Shown here: positions 63,951-64,000 of the stretch, one piece after another
Position numbering within the stretch: the stretch's first letter is position 1
Layout: every line of letters begins with the position of its first letter
Assembly: GCA_020184695.1 (NCBI GenBank)
Contig: JAANOX010000117.1
Location: forward strand, 310,001 to 374,000
From: Histomonas meleagridis 2922-C6/04-290x
Taxonomy: Eukaryota > Protista > Parabasalia
DNA: 64,000 bases
Reading direction: 5' to 3'
Program-made: the position numbers and the translations under genes
Notes under the pieces: generated by a model
Told to the model about the DNA's origin: nothing
The model's database searches: none
What the model saw: the letters and a program-made list of their open reading frames with translations, nothing else

Positions 63951-64000
63951 AATTGTTTGTAAAATATTTATTTATTTTATTTTGTTTTGATATGAGCATT

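Overview
Eukaryotic, very AT-rich, gene-dense, apparently intron-poor DNA. By inference it is a parabasalid (Tritrichomonas/Trichomonas-like): it carries DUF3447-type ankyrin genes, BspA-like LRR surface proteins, and CCTTT and AACGGT core-promoter motifs. About 35 protein-coding loci are present, including housekeeping genes (RPS19, RPL30, calnexin, U2AF small subunit, OSBP, DPY30-like), one tRNA-Gly(CCC), and several disrupted members of expanded families (2 ankyrin, 3 BspA-like, 1 Rho-like, 1 macro-domain). The most unusual signal is in both ankyrin genes: 63-100 nt AT-rich inserts sit at exactly the same position of successive ankyrin repeats, with no GT-AG ends that restore frame. Other leads: a WG/GW-repeat (Argonaute-hook-like or W-substituted nucleoporin) protein, a membrane-anchored bacterial-type GH129-like glycosidase, a macro domain fused to a bacterial-type domain, a PIG-F-like gene, a probable CTG start, an intact pseudo-GTPase, a 973-bp segment bounded by 25-bp direct repeats, and a 290-bp inverted-repeat-bounded element. 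All family assignments come from visual motif recognition; no searches were run.
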